64,000 bases of DNA from Macrostomum lignano (GCA_002269645.1 NIVC01000819.1:186001-250000), one strand, 5' to 3'; counted from the stretch's first letter, positions 39,885 through 53,467 are shown. Program-made: numbers and translations. Notes: generated by a model from the sequence alone, not told the origin.

Positions 39885-40890
39885 AACAGTGCCCTAGAGG
39901 TGAAAGGGCTTCTTGAAGCTCCTAATAGGGTGCAAGGCCGCGCTTCTTGAGCTATCATGAGCGCGACTCCCTCTACGCCCTTTGCTGGCATGAACTCCTT
40001 TCTGGACCTTCCCGGTGACCTCTTTGTCAGAGGGGCGGCAGTAAAGACCACCCGCCGTCTGCTCGACGTGGGTGGCCCTCATCCAGAAGCAGTTCACCTT
40101 TAGAAAGCGGAACCTCCGGCTAAAGCTAGTCACAGAATAGCGTGAAGGCATAGAGGGGGCGTACACTACAGGGTCCCAAATCAACTCCGCCTCTGACTAC
40201 GGCTACTGCATCGTATCTGGAGGGAGAACTGCGGCGACCTTCTCCCAGCACACCGCGGCACCTGCTCCACCGTTTCTCAGAACGAAGTTCTCGCCATCAG
40301 CTCCTGCGCCATAGAGATGTACAATCAGTGTGTCTGAGGGAAGGAGATTACCCTCCACTCAAACATTCAGTGGCGATCAACGCGCTCGGATCAACCAGTG
40401 GGTGGCTTCAAAGCACAGGGAGATGTGGACGAATGCCCCCGACTGCCAGAAATCTCCCCTGTCCTTCCCCCGCCCTCCACAGCACCCTGCTTGGACTCAG
40501 CCGCAGGGACATCAGGGCGGTGCCCATGGCTCTCTCGGTCATTGCTGTTTTGCCAGGCATCGCCACCTCCAGGAAAAAATCCGTAGCGAAGAATGCCCTT
40601 TCTGCGTCTCCGGTGTCGAGAATGCGGAGCACTTCATCTGTGAATGCCCCGCCTTTACTCAGGACAGGCTCGCCTACCTCGGCCCAAAACCGGACCTCTC
40701 CGAGGTTTTTAGGCCCGAGAATCTCCTCCGAGAATCGCGGAGGGGGACCGCGCTGCGGACACCGGCACCACCGGATCTCCCTGCGCGACACCGCAGCACC
40801 AGCTGCCCGTGGTCGCCAAGGGGTTAGGGGAATCGCCACCCCGCTGTGTCCGGATGCCCGGAGCGCCCTGCAGCTGAGTCAAGAAGTGCT
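39885..40890 (+). mobile_element. Degenerate 3' fragment of a LINE related to 20209-24324
   Basis: QNEVLAISSC, RINQWV, HCCFARHRHLQ...CPFC..GVENAEHFICECPAF; 3' end GCCCTGCAGCTGAGTCAAG matches GCCCTGCAGCTAAGTCAAG of the larger copy. Confidence 0.85.
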
Positions 40891-41143
40891 AGCTAAGGCC
40901 GGCAGGGTCAGAGAGAGCCGTGAGAAGTAAAAAAGTAATCAGCAAAATTCAGAATTCAACCGGAGGCCAAGTTGATACGAGTAACAAGTTTCCTGTGCTG
41001 GCCTGAAATTTCTTGCCCTACTGATAAGACGGCCGATATGAATAGGCTGTCAGTTCGGAAGTTGCTTTTCCTTCCTTTAAAAGACTCAACTTTTACCAAG
41101 CCAAATTGACTGATTCTTCGAAAGAAAACCAACAGAAGCGACT

Positions 41144-43177
41144 ATGGCCCGGTTCTCTCTGCTTTCAGTGATTCTCCTGCACCTGGTGGTTGTCTCCATG
41201 CAGCAGGGCGACGATGAGACTCTCGGTGAGTTGCCGTTGTCCGGCCTTCGGTGCTACTTGTGATCTGGGCTATCGCCACCTTCACACGACCTGGCGTATT
41301 TTGATTTCATAAGTTCAAGAAGCTAAAATTAAATCTAGTTTAAGCTTAATTTTGGCCTCTAGTAATGCTTTTAATCAGATCGACTAACTTGTAAAATACC
41401 TCTGTAAGGCTCATAACTAACTTATAATGCTCAGGCATTGAGAAGTCAAGCAGTGGCTAATAGAGACAGTGAGAAGCCATATCTTAAACCACTGCAGCGC
41501 TGCAAAATCTTCAGACAACATTTTAAGCTACTAGCAGGTAATACGAGCGCATAAAACATGCACGTTGCTGAACCCCCCGCAATCCGCAGACATTCGACAG
41601 AGGCTCTGCAGCATCTCGGTGTCGATGATCAACGACCAGATCGAAAGAGAGTTCAGCGCCATGTACCTCTACGAGACTGTGGTAAGTCTTTTTCCTGACC
41701 CCACGCATTGCCAAGGTCTCCACCCAACGACCTTAATTCGTGCTAAACTCTGCACAGCGTCTTACTCAGGGAGTACGAGCGTACCTTGAGCTCACGCCCA
41801 CCCTCTAACTTGCTCAGAGTTTATGGAAACTTTTCTATCAATAATTTTGTTAAAACAAACTCTTAGCCATCGTGTGAAACTCTATCCGTTGAACCCCCGC
41901 TTTTAACCTCAGTTTCATTCAATCCGAATTCCTAGCTCAAATTAAAAACGCAAGTTCGCCGACCGCCACGCCCGCAGGCCAACTACTTCGGCGGGCCCAG
42001 CGTCGGTCTTCCCTGCATCAAGAATTTTTTCAAGAAGGCCGCCGACAAGCAGCGAGAGCGCGCGCACAAACTGATCGACTACCTCATCATGCGGGGCGGC
42101 CACGTCAGGCTGAAGCTGATTATTGTGAGTGCTTGTTCACCAAGCCACTTCACACCTGGTCACCTAACACCTGGTCACCTAACACCTGATCACCTAACAC
42201 CTGGTAACCTAACACCTGGTAACCTAACACCTGGTCACCTAACACCTGGTAACCTAACACCTGATCCCCTTGTCACCTGATCCCTGGTCACCTGATCCCC
42301 TGGTCACCTGATACCCTGGTCACCTGATCCCCAGGGTTAACTGACCCCCTGGTCACCTGATCCACTGATCACTTGATCCTCTGATCCCAGTTCCCGGTTA
42401 TTAGAACAGTTTTATATTTATTTTTCAAACTACAGCTTAAAGCTTCAATGTAGCCCCATAAACGTATCTTTGTGGCAGCCTCCTGGCAAGTTTGACTGGT
42501 CCTCCGCCCTTGCTGCAGCCAAGATGGCTCTTGACGTCGAGAGGAACATCACACAGGAGTTGTACAGACTGCGAGATCGGGCCGTCGACATGGGGAGCGA
42601 CCCGCATGTAAGCCTTACTGTAGATGGCCGCTCTGATTGGGTACTGAACTAGTCTGTCAAATATTGAGTGCATTTCTGTCAAATCGATAAATTCATTCTC
42701 ATGTATTTGGGGCTTTCTATGCTTCACGCATAGTTCTAATGCCAACAAAACACCAGCCAAAATGCTACGCTGTGAGGCACCTCGCTGATTGGCTGGCTGG
42801 CTCAGCCCCAGCTGACTCACCCCCAACCTCCGCCCCGAACTCCCTACCACCAGCCAGCCAATCATCAGCGTCAGTATTTTTTCAAGAGACTATTATCCAT
42901 ATACTAAAATATACTAAAAATTCTATCTAAGTCTTCCATTTGCTACAAAAATGCTCACCTTCAGCATAACAGAAAATAACTGTATATGTCTCTATGTCTA
43001 CGTGCACTCTACAAAATTGATACTCGAGTCTTGAAATTTCAGCTGGTGGGCTTCATCGAGTCCGAGTTCCTGACCGAGCAGGTGACGGGCATCCGGGATC
43101 TGCGGAAACTCATTGCTCGCCTGTCTAGGGCTGGCAGCGGCCTTGGCGGGCTCATTGTGGATAAGGAGCTCAACTAG
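41144..43177 (+). CDS. Secreted ferritin copy 2, ferroxidase ligands substituted; exons 41144-41225, 41590-41681, 41978-42124, 42479-42607, 43043-43177
   Basis: Same exon structure, open frame, one extra codon in exon 4; DEEREH has become DKQRER (42044-42061). Confidence 0.8.
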
Positions 43178-43409
43178 AGACTGCGGAGAGGTCGGAGAGG
43201 ACCGACGCGATGTCATGCGTGTAGCTGACTTGCCTGACTGCAGGACCAGCATTATGACGCTCAAGCTGGGTTTCAGATTATCGATGACTCCATTTTCTGA
43301 TACCAGCGCTATAATTACGAATTATAGTATCGTATAGTATCGTTATCCGAATTCCCTGGTCACTTAACACCTGATCAATCTTGTCCAACGGCACCTATGG
43401 TCATCTTGT

Positions 43410-43570
43410 ACTACTGGCGCCACACGAAAGACCCACATGAGCAAGCGTGACAGCAACACGCCGAAGCGGAAATATTCATGTGTAGGATGCCAACCTCGCT
43501 TGGTTTCGGGCACGCCTGTCGTCAACAGGTCGGCGCTCGCTTGCCTGCCCGTGCTTGGTCCTGCAGCTGC
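43410..43570. repeat. Dispersed ~160-bp repeat beginning TGGCGCCACACGAAAG, copy A
   Basis: Diverged second copy at ~51040-51205. Confidence 0.6.
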
Positions 43571-44249
43571 ATGGCCGCCGCTGCAGTAAAGTGCATGCGG
43601 TTTTTACTGTATTTTGTCTTGATCAATTGATAAAGATAAATTTAAGTTTGCACCTGTTTGTAAATAATTTTTCAAATTGGTTCAGTTTTCTATTAGCAAA
43701 AACCATGAATGAAATAATCCAGGCAGCAACAGTCCAAACCGTCACTCTAGACCAAGATGTCAAGGGGGGAAATGGCTGAGATGTCGGTCAGAAGCTACAT
43801 GTAGTTTATTGAATTTTCATATTCCATTCTTCGTTGCCGAGTTTGAGGACGAAAGACGTCAGACTGTTGGGGCGGCGCTGATTGCTACATGTAGTTTTCA
43901 TTCTGAAACGCAGGTATCCGGCTGAAGTGATACATTTTTGGCTCAACAAATTGATTGAAGGATAGCCGATCCCCTCCCTGCAACAGACTGAAGCTATCAG
44001 TTCGCCGGAACAAAAGAACCTTACAACGAAATTGAGCTAATCGAGCTTCTTATTTAAACACCCCCTTCATATTATAGCTCATATTCTCTGTTAGCATAAC
44101 CGAGATTGTTAACATCAAATACAGTGGCCTCTAAATTAACATTCCTTGTGATTGCATCGTCAGGAAAAGTTTGTAGAATCTGCCGCCTTAGTTATTTGTC
44201 CCTCTAACTGATAAAAGAAGCTATTCATTCACAGAGCCGTAGTAGTGAG

Positions 44250-45420
44250 AGTCCAGAAGACGTAGGACACCCCCATAATAAAATATTTCAGCTTCTTCAC
44301 CAGCGGGGCTGAAACCGCTCCCTCTTCTTGACAAGCCGCCCCTGGTTGGTAGAGCTCTCAGTGTTGGCAGTAAGTGCCGGCTGCTCAGGCGCCGGCTGAT
44401 TGCCGAGATGCAGTGCAGCCCCAATGTCGGAAATGCTCTCAGTGTCTCCCAGGTCACTTTCGAAGAAAGAAACGCCGAACTTGCGAAGCCAGATGAAGCG
44501 CCGAAAAGCCTTGCAGCTGTCCGGTTTCCGTGCGCACCCAGTACAAGCTCGGACAGTCGCCCACCCTAGCTTTCCATCTCAGCAGCCACAGAGTCCCAGC
44601 GACCACGCTGAAGCCAGACTGGCTGGCCCGCTGTCAGATGCTAAGCGGACGTGCACCGCAGTTGTACATTTGTACTGCTCGGATCCGCTCTTTCTAAAAT
44701 GCTTCGATGCTGTCGTGGACGTCAGCCTCTCGAGGTCGCAGCAGGCCCTGCACAGTTGTGGGCAGGTCGCATCCAAGCTTTCGGCCGAAGGCCACCCCAG
44801 CCGGACTTGGGAAGCCGCTGCCCGACAGGAGTGTTCCGGTAGTGCAGGAGTGCCGTCTCCAGGCTTTGGCCAGTCTCCTTGCACTTCTTCATCCGATCCT
44901 TCGCTGTTTGCACTTACCGCTCTGCTCTGCCGTTCGACTACGGATACGGTGGGCTTGGTGTCCTGTGCTCGACTAAACCTCGTAATCAGTTGACGGAGCG
45001 CCAGGTCCGAGAAGCCGTCGCTGATAAGCTTCTCATGCACACCGAAGTTCTGCAAGTGGTCCTGCAGTACTTGCACTACAACCAGGCTGTACACCAGGTA
45101 GGAGGCGCCGCTGTACTCAAATAGATCAGACGAGTAGATTTAGAAGGGGAAGTCGGAATCTCCACGGACGTCAGAGCCTCTTTTGGCTGCGTCTTCATGT
45201 TCCGCTGGCAGACTTCGAACTGGCTGACTGTGCGCTCGATGCAGTTGTGCATGCCAGGCCATGGTAGAAGTAATCCCTGGCATTCAGGCCCATCTTCACG
45301 ATGCCAGGGTGCCCCGCGTGCAGGATGTTGAGGATGGAATTCCTGGTGCTGTCTTCGCGCACGTAGATGCTGTCTTTCAGACATAGAAGCCCTGAAACGA
45401 ACGTCAGATCGCACCGGAGA
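44250..45420 (-). mobile_element. Degenerate Ty3/Gypsy integrase fragment
   Basis: ILHAGHPGIVK..WPGM...IE...EVCQ, ISDG, LETALLHYRNTP across broken frames. Confidence 0.75.
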
Positions 45421-45442
45421 TCCTAGAACGAGACAGACAACT

Positions 45443-45630
45443 AGACACGAGAATCAGTGTGAGCAGAGTTCATTAGACACGAGAATCAGTGTGAGCTGAG
45501 CTCATTAGACACGAGAATCAGTGTGAGCTGAGCTCATTAGACACGAGAATCAGTGTGAGCTGAGCTCATTAGACACGAGAATCAGTGTGAGCTGAGCTCA
45601 ATAGACACGAGTATTAGTCTGAGCTGAGCT
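45443..45630. repeat. Short array of the 32-bp unit upstream of ferritin copy 3
   Basis: Same unit as 26852-27755. Confidence 0.9.
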
Positions 45631-45912
45631 CATCGCATGCAAAGGTGTAGCTAGGTGAGGCCGGCTGGGTCAGAGAGCCGTGAGAAGTAAAAAAGTTATC
45701 AGCAAAATGCAAGCAAGAATTCAACCAGACGCCAAGTTGATAACAGGTTCCTCTGCTGGCCTGGAATCTCTTGCCCTACTGATAAGACGGCCGATACGCT
45801 TGAATCTGAATGGGCTGTCACTTCAGAAGTTGTCAGCTTACTTCCTTAAAAAGGCTCAATTTTGGCCGTGCTAAGTTGACTGATTCTTTGACACAAACCA
45901 ACAGAAGCGACA

Positions 45913-47760
45913 ATGGCCCGGTTCTCTCTGCTTTCAGCGATTCTCCTGCACCTTGTGGTTGTCTCCATGCAGCAGGGCGACGATGAGACTCTCGGTGAGA
46001 TGTCATTGCTTGGCCTTAGGTGCTTCTTGTGATGTGGGCTATCACACATTTTTTATGGTTTGAAGACCGGTTTCATTTATTTGTGGGATGAGTTCTTGCA
46101 TGAGGCTAAAATGAAATCTACGAGTATTTTTTTATTTAAATCTGTAGTAATGATTTTAATCTGCTTTCTTGTAAAAAGTCTTAAAATCTGTTTACAAGGC
46201 GCAAAAATAAACTATAATAATGCTCAGGTGAGTATTGAGAAGCCAAGCAGTGACCATAGAGACAGTGAGAAGCCAAGCAGTGGTCATAGAGACAGTGAGA
46301 AGCCAAGCAGAGGCCAGAGAGACAGTGAGAACCCATATCTTCCACCACTGCAGCAAAAACTTCTTACACAAGATTTTAAGCTACTCAGCAAGTAGTATAA
46401 ACCATGCATAGCCGTTGCTGAACCCGCGCAATCCGCAGACATTCGACAGCGATTCGGCAGCAGCTCGGTGTCGATGATCAACGACCAGATCCAAAGAGAG
46501 TTCAACGCCATGTACCTCTACGAGACAATGGTAAGTCTTTCCTAATCCCACGCATTTTCAAAGTCGCCACCGACCCAACTTTTTAGTGCTATGTTTATGT
46601 TGAACCCTGCGGAGCGTCAGTGGATGCGAGCGTACCTTGAGCTCACGCTCACCCTCAAGCTTGTTCAAAGTTTGTGGTTGTTTTTTCTAAATACGAGCTA
46701 GTTTTGTGTGGGTGGACTCCAGATATTTTGACATCTGTTTCATTCGATTCAAATCCCTGGCTCAAATTCCAAAGGGCAACTTTGCCGACCGCCCGCCCGC
46801 AGGCCAGCTACTTCGGCAGGCCCAGCGTCGGTCTTCCCGGCTTTACGAAATTCTTGAAGAAAGCCGCCAACAAGGAGCGAGAGCGTGCGCACAAGCTGAT
46901 CGACTACCTCAACATGCGGGGCGGCCACGTCAGGCTGAAGCCAATTACCGTGAGTTCCTGGTCACCTGGTCACCTAACGGATAGCGATAACTTAACACAT
47001 GATCAATCTAGTCACCTGCTCATGTGATACCCTGGTCACTTGATCCTCTGATCTTAGTTCCTGGTGATTATAACAATTTTATATTTATTTTTCAAGTTAC
47101 AGCTTAAAGCTTCAATGTAGCCCCATAAATTTATCTTTCTTGCAGCCTCGCAGCAAGTTCGAGTGGTTCTCTGCCTTTGACGCAGCCGAGACGGCTCTTG
47201 GCGCCCAGAAGAACATCACGCTGGAGTTGTACAGACTGCGAGATCGGGCTGACATGGAGAGCGACCCGCATGTGAGTCCTACTGTAGCTGGCTGCTCTGA
47301 TTGGGTGCAGAATTACCATGTCAAATATTGGGGGCATTCCCTGTCAACTTACTAAATTTGTTCTCATGTGTTCGGGGCCTTCTTGTCTTCACGTATTGTT
47401 CCAACGGAGCTCATTAGTAAAACCCAAACGGTCAAAACGCTACGCTCTGAGGCACGTCGCTGATTGGCTGGGTGGGTCAGCCCTCAGCTGACTCACCCCC
47501 AACCTCCGTCCCGACGTGCAGCATGTCTTCCATTTGCTACAAAAATGCTCACTTCGACTTTACTGAAAATAACTGCATATGCACATATTTTATGCAAAAT
47601 TGCTACTCAAGTCTTGAACTTTCAGCTGGTGGACTTCATCGAGTCCGAGTTCCTGACCGAGCAGGTGACGAGCATCCGGGATCTGCGGGAACTCATCGCC
47701 CGCCTCAACAAGGCTGGCAGCGGCCTTGGCGAGCTCATTGTGGACAAGGAGCTCAACTAG
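45913..47760 (+). CDS. Secreted ferritin copy 3, ferroxidase ligands substituted; exons 45913-45994, 46439-46530, 46803-46949, 47146-47271, 47626-47760
   Basis: Open frame, canonical splice sites; NKERER (E61K, H65R equivalents) and ALGAQKNI (E107Q equivalent, CAG at 47206). Confidence 0.85.
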
Positions 47761-48786
47761 AGACTGTGGAGATGACTGTGGCAAAGTCGTAGCTGATTTG
47801 CCTGACTGTACGAGCTAGGACCAGCATTATGACGCTCACGGTTTCAGATAATCGATTATTCAAATTTTTTGATATCAGCGCCATAATTACGAGTGTATTA
47901 GCCAAATTACATGTACATGTACCATTGATTATCGATTATTTGAACAAAATAATCTGCGGCGAGTCACTCCAGCATAGTCGCATCATAGGATCGACTTATT
48001 TCTAATAGAAAATGCATATTTTTATTCACCATCTAGTAACGAAATAAACACCTGATTTTACTTCGATGAGTTGATAATTGTTGTTGGCCCGCATTCAATA
48101 GAAGTTTCTTTCACCCTGAACGTGATGCAATGCAAATTGATCGGTTTATCAGTAACAGAACAGCTGTGTTGATGACATGGCTTTTATAATGTGATTTGAT
48201 GTCTCAATTTGAAAGGTCCAGGTGTGTAGCAAAAAGGGATCTAGCCATGTTTCCTCATTAACATTCTGAGGTGGAGCTTATGGGTTATGCTTTTGTTAAA
48301 CTCCACACCTTACGGAAATTTCTAAAGATCACTATATCCATACCTACAGTAGAATAGCATCAGCAGAGGTTCATAGACACAGTTATTTGCTCCATTTAGC
48401 AGGTCTTAAACAAAGTCGGCTGCGTTAGCCAGTAGGCAGTCCAATGCCACGGCGTCTTCGAAGTCAATGTCAGATCGTCTGGATGCGCGGTTGAAGCGCG
48501 GGTTAACGATGGCGGCAAAGAACTCGCGAAGCCTATTTCTGAGCGATCGTTCGCAGACTCATCACCTGCCGGTTTAGCGAAACACGCGGCCTGTTGCCCT
48601 GCCAGGGCGTGAATGGCGGACAGGCCACGCGCCCTCGGGCATCGCGGACACTGCAGCAGAGACAGCATGACACCATGCACTGTCATGCTGTGACGCTGTC
48701 TTCACCTGCATTCACTGATCTGTTCAAAGAAGACTTTAGTTTTGAGCTATACCAGAGTGGGTGGCAGGAGGCGCGGATCGACGCGC

Positions 48787-49930
48787 AGACAACAACAACA
48801 ACAACACAACAAAATACGCTGTCAGGATGGCAAAAGTCAGCGTCACAGGGCGCGCTTCATGGCTTGGGCGCGAACAAAGGCCGCGCCACCGGCAGTGTCC
48901 GGGGCGCCGGCGTCAGCCAGCAGACAGTCAACGTAACGCCGAGTTCGCGCTTGACCTCGCCGGTAGGGTGCCTACAGCGTGAGCAGCAGCACCTCCTGCA
49001 CCGGCTGTGGCAGTACGACTCGGCGCGGATGAGATGGCCTGCGAGCTGGAGTCGCCGACGGCGCAGTAGATCGCTTGGACGTGGCAGGCCAGCGCGGCGA
49101 TAGAGTGCCGCGTTGTTGACTCGCTCGACGCCGATGTTGAAGGCGGCGCGCAGCAGGCCAGCGTGCGCCGCATCGACTTGCTGTTCAAGTGAGTCCGTCA
49201 GCGTCCAGGTCTCGGCGTTGCACAGCAGGACGGTCTCGATTACCGCCTGGAACAGCGCCGCCCTCTTGCGGTCCGGTAGGGCCTCGGACTGCAGGACTGC
49301 CCTCACAGAACGAAAGGCAGCCCAGGCAAGCCCGCGGCGGCGTCGCAGGTCCTCGCGAGCGTCTGGAACCAGACCGTCGAGGTAGACGAACTGCTGACAT
49401 CGCGGGAGCTCGGTCGCCTGCCCGTCAGCGCCTCGGCAGAAAATTGCAGCCTCGATGTCGTCCGGCACGCAGAGCACAACGGTCTTCTGCGTGTTGACCA
49501 CCAGGCCGACGCTCGCCGCAACGGCAACTAGCCTGTCCAGCTGCCGTTGGGCGCCCTCGACGGTCGAGGACAGCAGGGCGAGGTCGTCAGCGTAGCCAAG
49601 CACGCTGAGCCGCTTCTCCGGTTGACGTCGACCCACGCGTCGCCGCAGCAGAAAGCCGTCGTCGTCGGTAGGAAGAGCAGTCCGCAGCACCCAGTCAAGC
49701 ACCAGGACGAACAGGAACGGCGCCAGCGTATCTCCCTGAAGCACTCCGGAGGAGATCTCAAAGGAGTCCTATAGGCCGTCCGGTGTTGTCACAGCAGCTG
49801 TCGTATCACGGTACATCGCCATGATGGCGGAGATCAGCTGCTCAGGCACGTTGTACGCGCAAAGCACCACTGGAAGCACGGCTCTGACAACCGAGTCGAA
49901 TGCCTTCTTGAAATCGATAAAGATTAGAAT
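48787..49930 (-). mobile_element. 5'-truncated RTE/RTEX-like non-LTR retrotransposon
   Basis: FIDFKKAFDSV...GVLQGDTLAPFLFVLVLD...YADD...VNTQKT...LLCNAETWTL; in-frame TAG at 49769-71; (TTG)n tail at ~48790-48808. Confidence 0.85.
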
Positions 49931-50054
49931 CAGGATCAAAGCCTGAGGCGCGCAGATCAGGTGCAGAGCATTCGTTCCGTTCGCGAAGCTGGGTGTTGAC
50001 CAGGGGGTTCATGAGAATCGCCCGCAGACGAATTGCCCGCCGAGATTTGCCCGC

Positions 50055-50750
50055 AGGAGATTTGCCTGCAATGCTTTTTTCTGTAGCACATTTAGCCATG
50101 CGGCAGATTCTGTCTGCATCAGGGGCGTCACCACCGGGGAGGACAGGGGGGACATTGTCCACCCCAGTAAAAGTTATGGCGGGGGCCATGCCAATGCTTT
50201 GTTCCCCCTCCCACCTTTGTTGACCTGGTACGTTATGGAAATCAATAATTTTGCTTCAGGGCAACAAAACATAATGCTTGCGGCGCCAGAATGAATGCCT
50301 GCGGCTCTAAAATGGTGCCTGAGGCGCCAAAATGATCGCTGACAACACCTACATGTATGATTCTGAAACAATGTACATGTACTGTTGGAAATCTGTCATG
50401 TACATGCACATGTACAATTCTTGGCTTTATCCCCCCACCATAAAATCAATGGCGACGCCCCTGGTCTGCATTGCCCCCTAAAATGCTTAGTAAGTCTTAT
50501 AAAGAGATTTAGGAGACGAAACCGATCCCCATGGCATATGCAGAAATTACGTCGTAGCTCACCGATGTAACCCCTGCATGTGAGTTTATATAAAAATGAA
50601 AACCTACAAGAAAAATCTGAATTTGATATGCAATTTACTATCGAAATGTTTTGATCGGGTAAATCTCATTAAGACTTATTAAGCATTGGGGGGGGGGCAA
50701 TGCAGACAAAATTTGACCCGTGGCAAAATGCGCTGCACGGAAAAAGACTT
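50055..50750. mobile_element. Foldback/MITE-like element with long imperfect inverted arms, interrupted by a hAT MITE
   Basis: Left arm 50055-50119 plus 50464-50507 is the approximate reverse complement of 50661-50750. Confidence 0.6.
50120..50463. mobile_element. 344-bp hAT-type MITE
   Basis: TIR CAGGGGCGTCACCA / TGGCGACGCCCCTG; perfect 8-bp TSD GTCTGCAT at 50112-19 and 50464-71. Confidence 0.88.
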
Positions 50751-51039
50751 GATGTGTACAGTAGCAAGAGCTTGGACTTGCGCTCAACAACAAGTCCCCA
50801 CAGTGAATTCCCGGGTCGTGGCTTTGGTAAGAGCAAAGAACTTCTTGACTATAGTGTTCCCTGAAATGAACAAGTGGCGTCACCACACGTATCTCGCCAG
50901 ACGGCCTTGAGCTAGCGAGAGAGTGTGGCTGGAGTTCAATGGCTCGACCCGAAGCGTGTCCTATATGATGCATGCACAACTGCGAGCTAGATGAAGCTGA
51001 GACTCACTGCAATATGAACATGCAGCTCTTACAATATAC

Positions 51040-51205
51040 TATTGGCGCCACACGAAAGCCACATGGGCAATTAGTATATAGCGTGGCAGCAGCACGCCGA
51101 GCGGAAATACACATATAGGATGCCAATCTCACTTATTGGTTTCGAGCACACTTGGCGCTCAACACGTCGGCGCTCGCTGTCTGTCCATGCTTAGTCGTGC
51201 AGTAG
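51040..51205. repeat. Dispersed repeat beginning TGGCGCCACACGAAAG, copy B
   Basis: Aligns by eye to 43410-43570. Confidence 0.6.
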
Positions 51206-52479
51206 AAGACTCAGCGGTCGCCTGCAGCAATACTTTGTAGCTTCAGCAATAACTATAACAATTGCCGCAGCTTTTCTAGACAAGTCACAAAGCTTTTAGG
51301 CTCCAAATCATTGTGGCACAGCCGTTTAAAAAATATATTGCTGAAGATGTTGCTTGCTCCTGGCCTGGCAATTGCTGGCAACCGCTGAGTAAAAGAGTTA
51401 TGTTTTAACGTACTATAACAAATGAAGTTTTATTTTTAGCTCTAGAATAGCTAGTCCAATTATGTGCCAAAAATTTGACCAAGATTTTTAGCATATTTTT
51501 AGAGGATAGTAGTAATGGAGAGATAGGCCTAGTGGATAATTGCCATTGCAATAATTTTTCCACTTATTCAACCGACCGAACCAACCAAAATTCAGGATAG
51601 TGCGAATTAAGATATTATATAAAATTAAAACCTAAAGTACATTTTGAATGTCCATGATTGCCAATGCCATGACAATCCTTTGGCTTTGATATTTTAGAAC
51701 CTGCGATGGACAATATTTTAATTATATTTTATTTAACTCTCTAATCATAGGAAAATAATTTTCAATCAATCAAAACTTTTCAAGCAATCAAAATTTCCTA
51801 TGATTGCTTTTTTATGACAATGACAAAACACAAAATTTGCCAATCAATTTTTTATACTAGGGGGCCTATGCTACTCTTTTTCTATTATGAAATAAATTAT
51901 AGCTATAGGTCTAGAATTAGTAAAAATATAGAAGGTAAAATTTAAAGAAGGTACATTTTAGGGCCTAATTTATTTGTGAGATTAAGAATTACTATATATA
52001 TAGTCATATATCAAACAAAAAGCAAATCATAATTAGGCCTATCTTAGGTGAATTTAAAAGTTGTAGCTTTATAATAGGCCTAGAATTTTATATGTAGGCC
52101 CCTAATATCATTGTATGTTTTATAATTATAAGCTAAGTATTTAAATAATTCATTTAAATATTAGGCCTATAGGCCTAGTTTATATAATAGCCAATAAATA
52201 TTTTTGTTATAAGCTAGGCCTGGGGCTAGGCAATAGGCCATATATAGTCTAGGCCTAAGGCTATTTCTAGGCTTATATTGTCAAATTTTACTAATGACAT
52301 TTATTATTATTTAATTAATTTAATTAATTAGTTATTATTTAATATTTTTATAGACTAATAAGCTTATATTAGGCTTATTTATTTGCATTTAATGGGGTGT
52401 TAGTTTGTTGTTGTCTATTCTAATAATTTGTCTATTAGAGCCTAGGCTAGGCAGACAAAGTTTTGTCTTTCAAAAACTA

Positions 52480-53467
52480 TAAGGGATGTCCAAAAAGTAG
52501 TGATACTTTTAACCGTAGCTCTCATTCTATAGCTTCCTGTGATTAACAAAATTATGAACTGATAGCAGCAAATCTCTTCTACAGACTACTTTTTGAATTT
52601 AAAAAATTGATATTAGAGAACAAAAGTTATACCCATGAAAGTAACAGTACCTACATGAGAGAGTTACACAAATTATAGGCTGAGCTTCACGAGATCCATG
52701 CCAAGTAAGCTTCAATGAATTGTTGATTTTGGCTTGTCCAACCTGTTAGCAATCTCTCTAATGGTCATTTGGGAGTCCTCATCAAGAAGATCCAGAATGG
52801 AGTCCACTAGTATATAAGGTCAATAAATCTATGGCCATCCCATCCGATGCTGATCTGCCAAGTCAGTCCTTCCCTTGTTGAACTGCTCAATCCATTGATA
52901 AACTGTCATTTTGCTGACCACAGAGGATCCGTGCGCAGAGCAAAGTTTAGTGTGAATTTCTGAGGCACTATGGCCAGCGCCCCAAAGAGTAAATATGGTA
53001 CTTTGCTAAGCAACAACTGAGTGCACATCTATGTGTTGTTGTTGAGTATGGGCAATGATGAATGAATTGCAAAATGCAAGCTACTCTGTTTGCAAGTAAA
53101 GTAATGAATTTAATGCTTTATATTTCTGTGCATGATTCTGTCCATTAACAAATTTCAGTCAGTCACAGTGAGCATCATTTTGCAATTGGGCTTTGATATT
53201 GCTTAAACAAGACATTTATTGATGCCTACTTAATGAATGAGTGCAGAAGTTGACTATTATAAATTTCAATATAATTTGTGTAACTCTATGGTACAGGTAC
53301 TGTTACTTTCATGGGTATAACTTTTGTTCTCTAGTATCAATTTTAAAAATTCAAAAAGCAGTCTGTAGAAAAGATTTGCTGATATCAGTTCATAAAATTT
53401 TAAATCATAGGAAGCTATAGAACAAGAGCTATGGTTAAAAGTATCACTACTTTTTGGACACCCCTCG
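52480..53467 (-). mobile_element. Internally deleted mariner transposon with ~190-bp inverted ends
   Basis: TA-flanked ends (C/T)(G/A)AGGG..GTCCAAAAAGTAGTGATACTTTTAACC; minus-strand remnant ASEIHTKLCSAHGSSVVSKMTVYQWIEQFNKGRTDL...MTIREIA typical of the mariner N-terminal HTH. Confidence 0.85.

Noticed and set aside
43410-43450. Hammerhead ribozyme around CGAAAG
   Set aside because: No CTGANGA core in the required position.
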